DNA of 64,000 nucleotides from an uncultured Acidobacteriota bacterium (GCA_963804995.1 CAWDSK010000006.1:1248001-1312000), one strand, 5' to 3'. Counted from the stretch's first letter, positions 10,372 through 20,099 are shown. Notes: a model not told the origin generated them from the letters alone. Made by a program: numbers and translations.

Positions 10372-11742
10372 TCAAACCAGCAGCTTGTACTTCTCCGCCT
10401 TGCGGTACAGCGTGCGCCGGTTGATCCCCAGGATGGCTGAGGTCCTCACCTTATTGCCGCCGGTCACTTTCAGCACGTGCTCAAGGTAGCGCTTCTCCAC
10501 CTCATCCAGCGAGGGCAGATCCGTGTAGAAATCTTCCAGCCGCTTGACCTCAAGGGTTTCAGCACGAACCTTGACGGGCAAATCCTCCAGCGGAATCACC
10601 CCCGTGCGGTTTAGCGCCGCGGCGGATTCCAGCGCATTCTCAAGCTCGCGCACATTGCCGGGCCAGGCGTAACTCATCAGGGTGGAAAGTGCCTGTGGAG
10701 AGACGGAGAACGCCTGTCCGCGCTCGCCGCCGATCTTCTTCAGAAAGTGTTCGACCAGCAGCGGAATATCTTCCAGGCGATCGCGCAGGGGCGGGATATC
10801 GATCTCGATGACCCGCAGGCGGTAGTAGAGGTCCTGACGAAATTTCCCTTCCTGGACGCAGTCCGCAAGATTGCGGTTGCTGGCGGCGATAATCCGCACG
10901 TCCACCTTGACGACTTCGTTGCTCCCGATGCGGCGGACTTCCTGTTCCTCGAGGGTCCGCAACACTTTCACTTGCAGCCCCGGGCTCATTTCGCTGACTT
11001 CATCCAGAAAAACCGTGCCGCCACTAGCGGCCTCAAAGATCCCGCGCTTGTTCTCCGTGGCGCCGGTAAAGGACCCGCGCACGTGCCCGAAGAGTTCCGT
11101 CTCCAGCAGGGTCTCAGTCAGCGCCCCGCAGTTCACGGCGTAGTAGTATTGCTCGGCCCGGGGGCCGTTGTAGTGGATTGCCTTGGCCACCAATTCCTTG
11201 CCGGTCCCACTCTCGCCGCAGATCAGGACGGTAGAACGCGCATCGGCCACCATGGCGATCTTCTTGTAGATTTCCAGCATCTTGGGACTGTTGCCGACCA
11301 GGCTGGAAAGCTGCACCTGGCTTCCCAGTTGCCGCTTCAGGCTGCGGTTCTCGCGCAGCAGTTTGCGATTACCCAGCGCCCGCTGTACGTGCAAGACAAC
11401 TTCATCGATTTTGAAAGGTTTCGAGATGTAGTCGAAGGCGCCGGCCTTCACCGCCTCGATAGCGGTCTCCATGGTGCCAAAGGCCGTGATGAGGATAACC
11501 TCCGATTCCGGCTGAATCGCCTTGTAAGCGCGCAGCACATCCAATCCGTTCAGGTTCGGTCCCAAGCGCATATCGCTGATGATGACGTCGACAATCTCCT
11601 GCTTGCCGATTTCCAAGGCTTCTTCGCCGCTGCCGGAAGTGAGAACGCGGTAACCTTCCTCACTCAGGACTTCGCGCAGCAACTCGCGCGTGTCTTCATC
11701 GTCGTCCACCACCAATACGCTGACCGTGCTTTCGGTTTCCAT
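10372..11742 (-). CDS. Sigma-54-dependent response regulator (NtrC/AtoC family)
   Basis: REC domain, GESGTGKE, GSFTGA, FLDE, WPGNVREL, C-terminal Fis-type HTH. Confidence 0.95.
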   Translation of the reverse strand: METESTVSVLVVDDDEDTRELLREVLSEEGYRVLTSGSGEEALEIGKQEIVDVIISDMRLGPNLNGLDVLRAYKAIQPESEVILITAFGTMETAIEAVKAGAFDYISKPFKIDEVVLHVQRALGNRKLLRENRSLKRQLGSQVQLSSLVGNSPKMLEIYKKIAMVADARSTVLICGESGTGKELVAKAIHYNGPRAEQYYYAVNCGALTETLLETELFGHVRGSFTGATENKRGIFEAASGGTVFLDEVSEMSPGLQVKVLRTLEEQEVRRIGSNEVVKVDVRIIAASNRNLADCVQEGKFRQDLYYRLRVIEIDIPPLRDRLEDIPLLVEHFLKKIGGERGQAFSVSPQALSTLMSYAWPGNVRELENALESAAALNRTGVIPLEDLPVKVRAETLEVKRLEDFYTDLPSLDEVEKRYLEHVLKVTGGNKVRTSAILGINRRTLYRKAEKYKLLV

Positions 11743-11892
11743 GGTTAAAGTCCAGTGACGAGTGACCCGTGACCAGTGACGAGCAAAAAGCTCCATTGCG
11801 CCCGCGCCGGCTCGTCACTTATCCTTGTCCCGGTCCGTTCTTGGTCGTTACTCACCATTCGTAATCGAATCCTCGCTCTTCCTTGTCACTCG

Positions 11893-13479
11893 TCACTTGT
11901 CACTTGTCACTGAACTTAGGATCGGCGCTTCCACCTTTTCGCGGCAATCCAGCGGCAGGCGAATCGTGAAAGTGGTTCCACGCTCCGGCGCGCTCTCCAC
12001 CTGAATCGTGCCCGCGTGTTGGCGAACAATCTGGTCGCAAATGGCCAGGCCCAGGCCCGCACCCGTCCCGATGCGCTTGGTTGTGAACATGGGGTCGAAG
12101 ATGTGCGCCAGGGTTTCCTGCGACATTCCGGTGCCCGTGTCCGCCACCTCCAGGGTTACTTCCGGCGGCTCACCGGGCAGCGGCGCGCGGAGTCCGATGC
12201 TGAGCTGGCCCCCCTGAGGCATGGCGTCGGTGCTGTTATTGATCAAGTTCAGCAGGACCTGGTGCAGATAACCGGAGTCGCCGTAAATCTTGGGGCAGTC
12301 TTTGGCCACATTCAGTTGCACGCGAATCTTGCGCAGCGCCAGCGCCGGCGAGGAAAGCAACACGGCGTCATCCAGCACCCGCCCCAGGTCCAGGAGATCC
12401 AGGTGCAGCTCATACTTCCGCGTCCAGGAGAGCAGTTGCCGCACCGTGCGCACAATGTTCTCCACCTGCTTTTCGATAACCTGTAGGCGCCGGGCGGTGG
12501 AGGGGTCATTGGTTAAACGCCGCGCCAGCAATTGCACGTGTCCGGAAATGGAATTGAGCGGTGTGCCGATTTCGTGGGCCAGGCTGGCGGCAAGCTGTCC
12601 CGCCACGGCCAGACGTTCCGAGCGCGCCAAGGTCTTCTGCGTCTCGAAGAGCTCCTCATTGATGCCCCGTAACTCCTCGTTCCGCTGCGCCAATTCCACC
12701 GTGGCTTCTTCCACTTTGTGGCCCAACTCGCGGTTGAAATTCTCGATGCGGCGCAGCATGCGGTTCAGGTGGGCGGCCAGCAGTCCAATCTCATCCCAGC
12801 TCTGCAAGCGCGCCCGCACGTTCAATTGCCCTTGCTCCGCCGACTCCATCACGCGAATCATTTCTTTCACCGGGTGCCGCACGGCGCGCAGAAAGAACAC
12901 GTGAATCACCAGGATAAGAAAAGCCAGACTGGCCAGCATCACCCGGCCGTTCTGCGTTACCAAGTTGCGCGTCACCACGCTCGTCTGTGACTTGGAAACC
13001 TTCAGGTCCAGGCATCCGACCGAAACGCCCTGGTCACGCACGGTCACACCCATAATCCAGTACTTGCCGTCATTGGTTTCGATCGTGATCTCGTCATCAT
13101 CGGGCCGCTCGAATTCGTTGTAGGTGTCAATGCGGGGGGTGTTATCCAATTCGAGGTGTGCCGCCTGCGTCTGAGTGGTGGCGGCCAGGTGATGATCGGG
13201 CGCGTGCAGGTACACGTCAGCCTGTCGCACTCCCGGCAGGTCACGCAACACTTGTCCCAGGATGCGCCCCAGCCGGTCGGGGTTGCTGAGTGCATCCTCG
13301 TTCACTAACTGGTGAGCCGCGACCCGGGCTTGGGCCAGCGCCTTGCGGTAAATCTCTTCCTCAACAAGTTGCTGGGTGAGAACCATGGCGATGACGGTGG
13401 AAACAGCCGTCACCGTAACGACTGCCAACGCCGTAATCACAATGATTTTGCCTTGCAGACCAAAGCGTGAAGCTCTCAT
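11893..13479 (-). CDS. Membrane sensor histidine kinase (HAMP, HisKA, HATPase)
   Basis: Two TM segments, DEIG HAMP, AHEIGTPL, NLINN, DTGTGM, GAGLGL. Confidence 0.95.
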   Translation of the reverse strand: MRASRFGLQGKIIVITALAVVTVTAVSTVIAMVLTQQLVEEEIYRKALAQARVAAHQLVNEDALSNPDRLGRILGQVLRDLPGVRQADVYLHAPDHHLAATTQTQAAHLELDNTPRIDTYNEFERPDDDEITIETNDGKYWIMGVTVRDQGVSVGCLDLKVSKSQTSVVTRNLVTQNGRVMLASLAFLILVIHVFFLRAVRHPVKEMIRVMESAEQGQLNVRARLQSWDEIGLLAAHLNRMLRRIENFNRELGHKVEEATVELAQRNEELRGINEELFETQKTLARSERLAVAGQLAASLAHEIGTPLNSISGHVQLLARRLTNDPSTARRLQVIEKQVENIVRTVRQLLSWTRKYELHLDLLDLGRVLDDAVLLSSPALALRKIRVQLNVAKDCPKIYGDSGYLHQVLLNLINNSTDAMPQGGQLSIGLRAPLPGEPPEVTLEVADTGTGMSQETLAHIFDPMFTTKRIGTGAGLGLAICDQIVRQHAGTIQVESAPERGTTFTIRLPLDCREKVEAPILSSVTSDK

Positions 13480-13509
13480 AACCCCGCCAAATACCATTCT
13501 AACATTAGG

Positions 13510-13526
13510 TGTGGCAAAAAGATACA
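13510..13526. promoter_or_regulatory. Putative UAS/autoregulatory site, copy 3
   Basis: TGTGGCAAAAAGATACA (TGT-N11-ACA) just upstream of the kinase start. Confidence 0.45.
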
Positions 13527-13675
13527 CCCGCTCAATCGCGCTAACCTATTCATAAACAGTGGGTTACACTTACGACGCTGGAACTGTTGGTGGTGGAGGG
13601 CCGGAACAGGCTAGAACGGGGTATTATGGGCATTTGCGGATTAGTCATCTTCGCAAAACCGCCCCGGAGGCCCAA

Positions 13676-15415
13676 ATGGAAAACCGCGAGATCGCCGCCG
13701 TCTTTGAGGAAATTTCCAACCTGATGAAAATTCTTCAGGACGATCCCAAGTGGACCTTCAAAGCAGCCGCCTATGATCGCGCCGAAGCGGTCCATCGAAA
13801 GTTACCCCGAGCGCCTCGAAGACGTGGCTCGCGACCCGAATCGCAAACTTACGGACATCCCTGGAATTGGCGCGGACCTCGCCAAGAAAATCGCGGAGCT
13901 GGTTGAAACCGGCCAATCAAGTTATCACCAGGAGCAACTCGCGAAAGTTCCCCGCAGTCTGCTGGACTTGCTACAACTTCAGACCGTCGGCCCGCAGAAG
14001 GTGCGCTTGTTTCATCAAGGAGCTGAACGTCCAGAGCGTGGATGATCTGGAAGCCGCTGCCAAAGCCGGCCGCCTGCGCGATCTCGCCGGCATGAGCGAG
14101 AAGTCTGAGGAAAACATCCTGAAGGCTATCGAGGTCTTCCGCCGCGCCGCGGGCCGTTTTCGACTCGAACACAGCGTACGAGACCGCTGAAGTGCTTACC
14201 GCCTGGTTGCGCGATTTGAAAGCCGTTGAGGAGGTCACCCCTGCCGGCTCGTTGCGGCGCGGACGCGAAACGGTGGGCGATCTCGATCTCCTGGTCACCG
14301 GCCGCGATCATGCGCGCATTGCCGAGCACTTCGTGAAGTTCCCTGGCATAGCCGCCATCCTGGCCAAAGGCGAAGACAAGGTCAGCGTGAAGCTCAAGAA
14401 CGACCTGCAGGTTGACGTCCGGCTGCTGGAGCGTTCCGCCTACGGCGCCGCGATGCAATACTTTACCGGCTCGAAGGAGCACAACGTGGCGCTCCGTGAC
14501 CGCGCCAAACGCCGCGGGTGGAAGCTGAATGAATATGGCCTGTTAGAAGGTGACAAAGTTCTGGCCAGCCGCACGGAAGAGGAGATTTACGCCAAACTGG
14601 GCCTCGCGTGGATTCCGCCGGAACTGCGCGAGAACCTGGGCGAAATCGAAGCGGCGGAGAAAGGCGAGTTGCCGAAACTCGTCGAGCTGGGCGATATCAA
14701 GGGCGATCTGCAGATGCACACCACCGCCTCCGACGGTCACGCCAGCATCGAGGAGTATGGCCGAGCGCCGCAAAGCACCTCGGCTACCAATACATCCTCA
14801 TCACCGACCACTCGAAAGCCGTCACCGTCGCCAATGGCCTCGATGAGCAGCGCGCCGCGGAGCACATCCAGCGCATTCACGCCGCGCGCAAAAAAGTGAA
14901 GGGGATTGAAATCTGGGCTGGCTCCGAAGTCGATATCATGGGCGACGGGCGGCTGGATTATCCCGACGAACTCTTGAAGCAATTTGATATCGTGCTGGTG
15001 AGCGTGCACTCACGCATGACCATGCCCGCCGATGAAATGACCGCGCGCCTGCTGCGCGCCTTCGAAAACCCTTACGTGCGTATTCTCGGACATCCCACGG
15101 GCCGGCAGATTCTGCGCCGCGACCCGTTCCTGTTCGATCTTGAGAAGGTCTTCGCCGCCGCCAAGCAACGCGGGGTAATCCTGGAACTCAACGGCAATCC
15201 CGAACGGCTTAGACCTCTGTGACCGGCACGTCAAGCTGGCGCGCGACCGCGGCATGAAGATCATCATCTCGACCGACGCGCACGATCCCGAGCACTTCAA
15301 GCTGATGCGCTATGGGGTCGTGACCGCGCGCCGCGGCTGGATGGAAAAATCCGGCGTGCTCAATACCCTGCCCCCGGAAAAACTTCTTGCCAGCCTGCGA
15401 CCCCTGCCGCGCTGA
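13676..15415 (+). CDS. polX: DNA polymerase X with PHP domain; six +1 frameshifts (probably sequencing errors)
   Basis: MENREIA, IPGIG Hh[43 protein letters not shown]. Extra bases near 13784, 14010, 14171, 14757, 14766 and 15211. Confidence 0.9.
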
Positions 15416-15514
15416 CGGCCGCGCGCTCCCCTCGTGGATCAGGAGGGGGTCAGGGGGGCGAGCCGCAGCCGAAAGACTCTTAGGGAAAGTCCATTTGCCC
15501 GGAAGGAATCACGT

Positions 15515-16291
15515 CTAGTGGTGGTGTCGCACCAGAAAGCGACGAACGTCGGGCCAAAATTCTTTCATCTCGTAATTGAGGGCATCCCAACCAATTTGTG
15601 TTCCCCAAATAGTGATATTGCTACCGAGCGTCCGCGGGCCGGGATGATACGCATTGGAGATTGCTGCGGCCATGCCATTACCGAGAATTTCAGAGAAGTT
15701 GAACTGAGCCTGTCCCCAATCCGAGCGTGTAACCAAAACCCTTGTGGCGGCATACGCGGCACGGTAGAGGAACCCTCCTTTTCCCATCTGGTAGAAGCGC
15801 GGCTCTTGGTGCAGCGCAGCGGGTAACGCCGCGCTGGTCAAAAAGTTTCCCAAGGTGTTGTCGGCAAACGCTAATCCGTAACGTTTGGTGTAGCCCCTAA
15901 GCCCCTGCCCAAACGTGGGATTCGAATTGCCGGCCTGGTTGATGGCAGCTTCTACGCCGATGAAAGCAAATACCACAGGGTCGAAGGTGTCCCTAGCCAT
16001 CAACTTGAATTTTTGTTCCGCCGTGAGTGGAGGGAGCGATGAGGCATTTTCAATGGTCAAGTAGTTGGGCAGCGTCCAGAGGATTCGGTCGTTTTGTGGA
16101 ACTTGGGGATCCGGATCGGGCGGGCCTTGGGCGGCGCCGGAGTCATTCGCGAACTTGGTTGTGGCCGGAGCGAGTGCTTGCCCCGCCTCCTGTGCCCACA
16201 GTTCAGGAGACAGCCCCAGCATGCAAACGAAAAGGATGACCAGGACGGCGCCGCGCGGCCCAAGGGTTCGTTTAATCATCAGTCCAGCCAT
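15515..16291 (-). CDS. Secreted/outer-membrane hypothetical protein
   Basis: Signal peptide then LPNY..PLTAEQKF..GY.KRYG..HQEPRFY..EFWPD; coherent coding frame. Confidence 0.7.
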   Translation of the reverse strand: MAGLMIKRTLGPRGAVLVILFVCMLGLSPELWAQEAGQALAPATTKFANDSGAAQGPPDPDPQVPQNDRILWTLPNYLTIENASSLPPLTAEQKFKLMARDTFDPVVFAFIGVEAAINQAGNSNPTFGQGLRGYTKRYGLAFADNTLGNFLTSAALPAALHQEPRFYQMGKGGFLYRAAYAATRVLVTRSDWGQAQFNFSEILGNGMAAAISNAYHPGPRTLGSNITIWGTQIGWDALNYEMKEFWPDVRRFLVRHHH

Positions 16292-16658
16292 CTCCACTTC
16301 TACGCATCGGCGCACAAAGCCCCACTCCCTGGCTGATTCGTAATCATCTGGGTATACCCAAGCTCTCCGGACACAAACTAGCAACAGCATCTCGGCTAGT
16401 CTGTATAAAATTGAACAATGCGCAGCCATGGTGTCGCCACGGCTGAAAGTCCGCTGATCTCAATGGCCGGCGACCAACCCTGAGCGTGACATTCTCTCAT
16501 GCGCAATACCCCGGCCGCAAGTTCATGTCTTCAATCTGGATGGAGCACGCCACGAACCGTCCGGTACGTGACACACTACTACCGTCCCGGGTGGCACGCC
16601 GATGCATCGGGGTGTCCAAGGCTGACGCCTTCACACAGGCAGGAGTGCCTGTGCTACC

Positions 16659-16720
16659 GAAGCCAGAACCGGCCACGGATAGGACGCGGTGACAGAGATG
16701 TTGCCCGTGTTCGTGGGGCG
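16659..16720 (+). repeat. GNRA-hairpin repeat, copy 1
   Basis: GAAGCCAGAACCGGCCACGGATAGGACGCGGTGACA-GAGA-TGTTGCCCGTGTTCGTGGGGCG. Confidence 0.85.
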
Positions 16721-16757
16721 GACCCGATGCATCGGGTCGCCACCCGCGCCACGTTTG

Positions 16758-17093
16758 CTATGGGTTCTCGGGTGGAGGCACCAGTGGCGCGATGGACTGT
16801 ATTAAGGCGGGGAGATGGTTTTGGACGGTGTCCCATACCACGGCGAGATCCACGTGGTCATACTCATGGATCATCAGATTCCGCATGTTGATCATCGCCG
16901 CCCAGGGAAGGGCAGGCAGACTGGCTCGCGTTTCACGCGAGATTCGGCGGGCCGCCTCGCCAATGATTTCCAGTCGCCGGATCACCGCGTCCTGGCACTG
17001 AGTGTCCAGAATGAATTCTTCGTTGGTTTTGTAAGCGGCAGCCAGTTTGGCTGCTTCCAGGATGTCCAGCAGATAGGCAACGTCACGCGGCAT
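16758..17093 (-). CDS. hepT: HepT/DUF86 HEPN RNase toxin
   Basis: QDAVIRRLEIIGEA and the RX4HXY motif MRNLMIHEY. Confidence 0.9.
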   Translation of the reverse strand: MPRDVAYLLDILEAAKLAAAYKTNEEFILDTQCQDAVIRRLEIIGEAARRISRETRASLPALPWAAMINMRNLMIHEYDHVDLAVVWDTVQNHLPALIQSIAPLVPPPENP

Positions 17094-17394
17094 AGAAAAC
17101 CCGTGCCGAATCCAATATGGCCTTTCGACGGATGTAATTCCGGCTGCTTTCAAGGCCTCGCCGGCTTACCAGATCTACTTGGCGAGCAAAGATTTCCTGG
17201 AGTTCTTCCTCCATCTGGACCAGGTCAAACAGGCTGGGGTGGGAGTCCGGTGCAAAGGTCACGAGCACGTCCACGTCGCTCGCGGGGCCAAAGTCCGGCC
17301 GCAAGACCGAGCCGAAAAGGGCGAGTTCCGCAATTTTCCACTTCCGGCAGAATTCGCCCATTCGTGTCGGGTTTACCTCACTGAGAACGCTCAT
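17083..17394 (-). CDS. mntA: MNT nucleotidyltransferase antitoxin
   Basis: LFGSVLR.DF...SDVDVLV (GSx10DxD), VDLV; overlaps hepT. Confidence 0.9.
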   Translation of the reverse strand: MSVLSEVNPTRMGEFCRKWKIAELALFGSVLRPDFGPASDVDVLVTFAPDSHPSLFDLVQMEEELQEIFARQVDLVSRRGLESSRNYIRRKAILDSARVFYAA

Positions 17395-17548
17395 CCTCGC
17401 ACCCTCCAATTGCCCTACCCCAATAATATCACGCTACGCTCGCTTCTTAACGTTGTCAGCCAGGGGAGTTTGCCTGTTTCTTGTCACTGGTCCAGTTCCT
17501 AACCTCGTTCGTCAATCGGCAATCGAAAATCGTCAATCGAAAATTACT

Positions 17549-17612
17549 TGCGCGCCTACTTGACGGGAGAAACCCGGAAGCGGTGGAAAAAGCCCCCATG
17601 AACAAGTTGTGA
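17549..17612 (+). pseudogene. 3' remnant of an HTH antitoxin gene
   Basis: GCGCGCCTACTTGACGG..GAAACCCGGAAGCGGTGGAAAAAGCCCCCATGAACAAG is nearly identical to 19530-19599. Confidence 0.6.
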
Positions 17613-17685
17613 GGTGGTAGCACAGGCACTCATGCCTGTGGGCTCTGCATTACCCTTGGACACCCCGATACATCGGGGTGCTACG

Positions 17686-17760
17686 GAAGCCAGAACCGGC
17701 CACGGATGGGACGCGGTAGCGGAGCGGTAGCGGAGATGTTACCCGGGTCCGTGGGGCGCC
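17686..17760 (+). repeat. GNRA-hairpin repeat, copy 2
   Basis: Same repeat with an internal GCGGTAGCGGA duplication. Confidence 0.85.
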
Positions 17761-17771
17761 ACTCGCGGGCT

Positions 17772-18098
17772 TCACCCCCCCGCCTCACCTTCAAGAAGGC
17801 GTTTAACATCGCGCTTGCCATGCAGAATCCGAATGATGCGGAGGGTATCTTCGTCCAGAAGGTAATAAATCCGGATGGCCTCAAATCCCGCAACCGCCCA
17901 CGTGCGAAGATTTTGAAGCTGCGGGTTGCTGGAGCGATAGCGCGGACCCACCAAGGGGTGCTGCTGCAATGATTGGACAGTTCGCCGGACTGCGGTTCGG
18001 AAACGAACGGCAACTTCGGGAAGATTCAGGGTAACGAGGTAATAGCGAAACTGGCGCACTACATCGTCGCTGGCGGCTTGCCGATACGAAACCTTCAC
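17772..18098 (-). CDS. ParE/RelE-family toxin
   Basis: 108 aa; A.DD, HPLVG, IYYL..IIRILHGKRD. Confidence 0.85.
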   Translation of the reverse strand: MKVSYRQAASDDVVRQFRYYLVTLNLPEVAVRFRTAVRRTVQSLQQHPLVGPRYRSSNPQLQNLRTWAVAGFEAIRIYYLLDEDTLRIIRILHGKRDVKRLLEGEAGG

Positions 18099-18367
18099 GA
18101 ACGCGCGCCCGTCTTATGCTCGGCAAGCAGGGCGTTCGTTTGCGCGTTCACCGAACCCCAGAATTCGTCCTCCGCCAGTTCCTTCGATGCCAGCCCTTCC
18201 GCCAGCAGCGCGTCCAGTTCTTCCTCTGTCCCCGCAAAGCCCGGTACGGTGCGCTGTTCGACGGCGGCCAAGGCTGCATCCACGACTTCCTCAACCGACT
18301 CGTAGGCGCCCCGGCTTATGACGTCGTGCACCCGCCGCTCTTGCTCGGGTGTGAGCTGAATTGCCAT
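18095..18367 (-). CDS. ParD-like (RHH) antitoxin
   Basis: MAIQLTPEQE..GAYESVEEVVDAAL..LLAEGLAS; GTGA overlap with the toxin. Confidence 0.82.
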   Translation of the reverse strand: MAIQLTPEQERRVHDVISRGAYESVEEVVDAALAAVEQRTVPGFAGTEEELDALLAEGLASKELAEDEFWGSVNAQTNALLAEHKTGARS

Positions 18368-18460
18368 GCTGTCCCGCCTTTCACATTCGTCACCCTCAGG
18401 ATACGGCAAAAGACCCGGCGGGGCAACGACGTTGAGCACGACGTGGGTGGCAACGTTTGA

Positions 18461-18522
18461 GAAGCCCGAACCGGCCACCGGCAGGACGCGGCGACAGAGA
18501 TGTTGTCCATGTCCGTGGGGCG
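18461..18522 (+). repeat. GNRA-hairpin repeat, copy 3
   Basis: GAAGCCCGAACCGGCCACCGGCAGGACGCGGCGACA-GAGA-TGTTGTCCATGTCCGTGGGGCG. Confidence 0.85.
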
Positions 18523-18600
18523 CCCCGATGCATCGGGGCGCCACCCACGATTGCACCGACCGTGCCTGCCCACATTCATTTTGAGCGGCACCACTCCCAC

Positions 18601-18714
18601 TGTCATCCTGAGCCCGTAATTTGGGCGAAGGACCCCTGTAGTTCGCTCTTCCCAGTGCGCCGCGATAAACTGCCGAGGTCCTTCGGCCCGAAAGAACCGG
18701 GCCTCAGGATGACA
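18601..18714. repeat. TGTCATCCTGAG...CTCAGGATGACA REP-like hairpin
   Basis: Terminal inverted repeats visible directly. Confidence 0.7.
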
Positions 18715-18784
18715 GTGGGTTACGTGCGTGCTTTCCTTTTCGGGGGGTGGCGCCGATATCGCATTTTATGTTGGCGACCGTTAA

Positions 18785-18848
18785 GAAGCCAGAACCGGCC
18801 ACGGATGGGACGCGGCAACAGAGATGTTGCCCGCGTTCGTGGGGCGCC
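18785..18848 (+). repeat. GNRA-hairpin repeat, copy 4
   Basis: GAAGCCAGAACCGGCCACGGATGGGACGCGGCAACA-GAGA-TGTTGCCCGCGTTCGTGGGGCGCC. Confidence 0.85.
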
Positions 18849-18874
18849 GCGAGCTCACCTCTCACGCCTGAATG

Positions 18875-19139
18875 TCAGTATGTTGTGGAGGTTCGACGCT
18901 CAATGGCCGTCACCGCAACGCGGTGCTCTTCGGGATAGACAAAAATACGCCAGTCGCCGACGCGGCGGCGGAATCCCTCCCGGCCTCCCTGGAGTTTGCG
19001 CGCGTCGCTGATTCTCTTCCATGGCATCGACCGCAAGGCGGATGCGGGCCTGGTCGTTGGACGGGGTGCGTTTAAGAGATCTTTGCGCGGGCCCGGCGAG
19101 AACTACCAGCCACGGCTATTTCCCTTCTGCGGAGTTCAT
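18875..19139 (-). pseudogene. RelE-family toxin, inactivated (early TAG and internal frameshift)
   Basis: Manual translation: MNSAEGK*PWLVVLAGPAQRSLKR..IRLAVDAMEEN / DARKLQG..FRRRVGDWRIF..VTAIERRTSTTY. Confidence 0.75.
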
Positions 19140-19365
19140 CAAGGGTCACGTAATCACCGCGTGCGTACGCGGCTCTGCCGCGCCGGATAGCTCGCAGTTC
19201 GGCCGGCGTGGGAGTCTCCTCCGGGAATTGCCGAATGGCGATATAGGTGCGGAGCGCTTCCCGGACGAGCTCCGACCGGGTCCGATTCTCCGCCTGCATG
19301 GTTCGCTCGACCTGCTCCGCCATCGCGGGGGGAAGCGAAATGGTAAAGGTCTGCCGTGTTCTCAT
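19072..19365 (-). CDS. CopG/RHH antitoxin
   Basis: TISLPP..RTRSELVREALRTY..AIRRGRAAYARGDYVTLDEL; overlaps the RelE remnant. Confidence 0.85.
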   Translation of the reverse strand: MRTRQTFTISLPPAMAEQVERTMQAENRTRSELVREALRTYIAIRQFPEETPTPAELRAIRRGRAAYARGDYVTLDELRRREIAVAGSSRRARAKIS

Positions 19366-19410
19366 GGTTGTTACCTTGTAACACCTTGTCTTAGCAGCAT
19401 AACAGAGGAA

Positions 19411-19599
19411 ATGACCGTGTCAACGCCTATCTCACTGCGCGGGCTCCCTGAGGCATCGGGCCGCTATGCCGTAAGCCCGCGCTCGCTCCAGGAATGGGAA
19501 CAAGGGCGTCGGCGTCCGGAAAGCGCTGTGCGCGCCTATTTGACGGTGATTGATCGAAACCCGGAAGCGGTGGAAAAAGCCCTCATGAACAAGGCGTGA
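19411..19599 (+). pseudogene. Truncated Xre/HigA-like HTH antitoxin
   Basis: VSPRSLQEWEQGRRRPESAVRAYLTVIDRNPEAV; N-terminal helices appear to be missing. Confidence 0.6.
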
Positions 19600-19697
19600 G
19601 ATGCGAGGGCACCAGCCGTAAGAAAATGCCACGGTTAGGACTGCGCTGACTGCGGCTGCCCGCTTGCTATTTCGGGGAAAAGTGGTAGGGTGCAAGA

Positions 19698-20099
19698 ATG
19701 ATGTATTCGTGGCTCGATGTTGTTGGCCATGTCGCTGATGTTGTGACGATTCTCGGCGTACCTCTTCTTGCGGCGGGCACTTGGCAGCTTGTTAGAGAAA
19801 CTCGGCGAGAACGGGCAGAGCGCAAAGCATTGAAGATTGTGAGCCAAGACTGTCTTGAATTCTACGATCCTCGCCAGAAGGTGGGAGTGAACCTTGTGCC
19901 GTTAGAGAGAGTACTTGCCTTTCCTAGGCCCGGGGATCGCGTCTTGCTGCCCGGAGAAACCCGCGAAGGCAAGAATCTTGGTGGGGGCCAATACGAAGTA
20001 GAGAGCATCACCTTCACCTTTTTCGAAGCCCCGGAAGTGGATCAACCTTGTCCTGCGGTCCCTTCCAAGGTCATCGCTCGCGTCCGCAAGGTGAGTTGA
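19698..20099 (+). CDS. Hypothetical membrane-anchored protein
   Basis: N-terminal hydrophobic segment then a small beta-rich domain. Confidence 0.6.
   Translation: MMYSWLDVVGHVADVVTILGVPLLAAGTWQLVRETRRERAERKALKIVSQDCLEFYDPRQKVGVNLVPLERVLAFPRPGDRVLLPGETREGKNLGGGQYEVESITFTFFEAPEVDQPCPAVPSKVIARVRKVS

Noticed and set aside
13676..15415. Programmed frameshifting or true pseudogenisation of polX
   Set aside because: Six isolated +1 insertions without slippery sites or in-frame stops fit sequencing error better.
16659..18848. Canonical integron attC sites or group II intron domain V
   Set aside because: No RYYYAAC/GTTRRRY boxes at the ends and no intI; no AGC-triad domain V layout and no RT gene.
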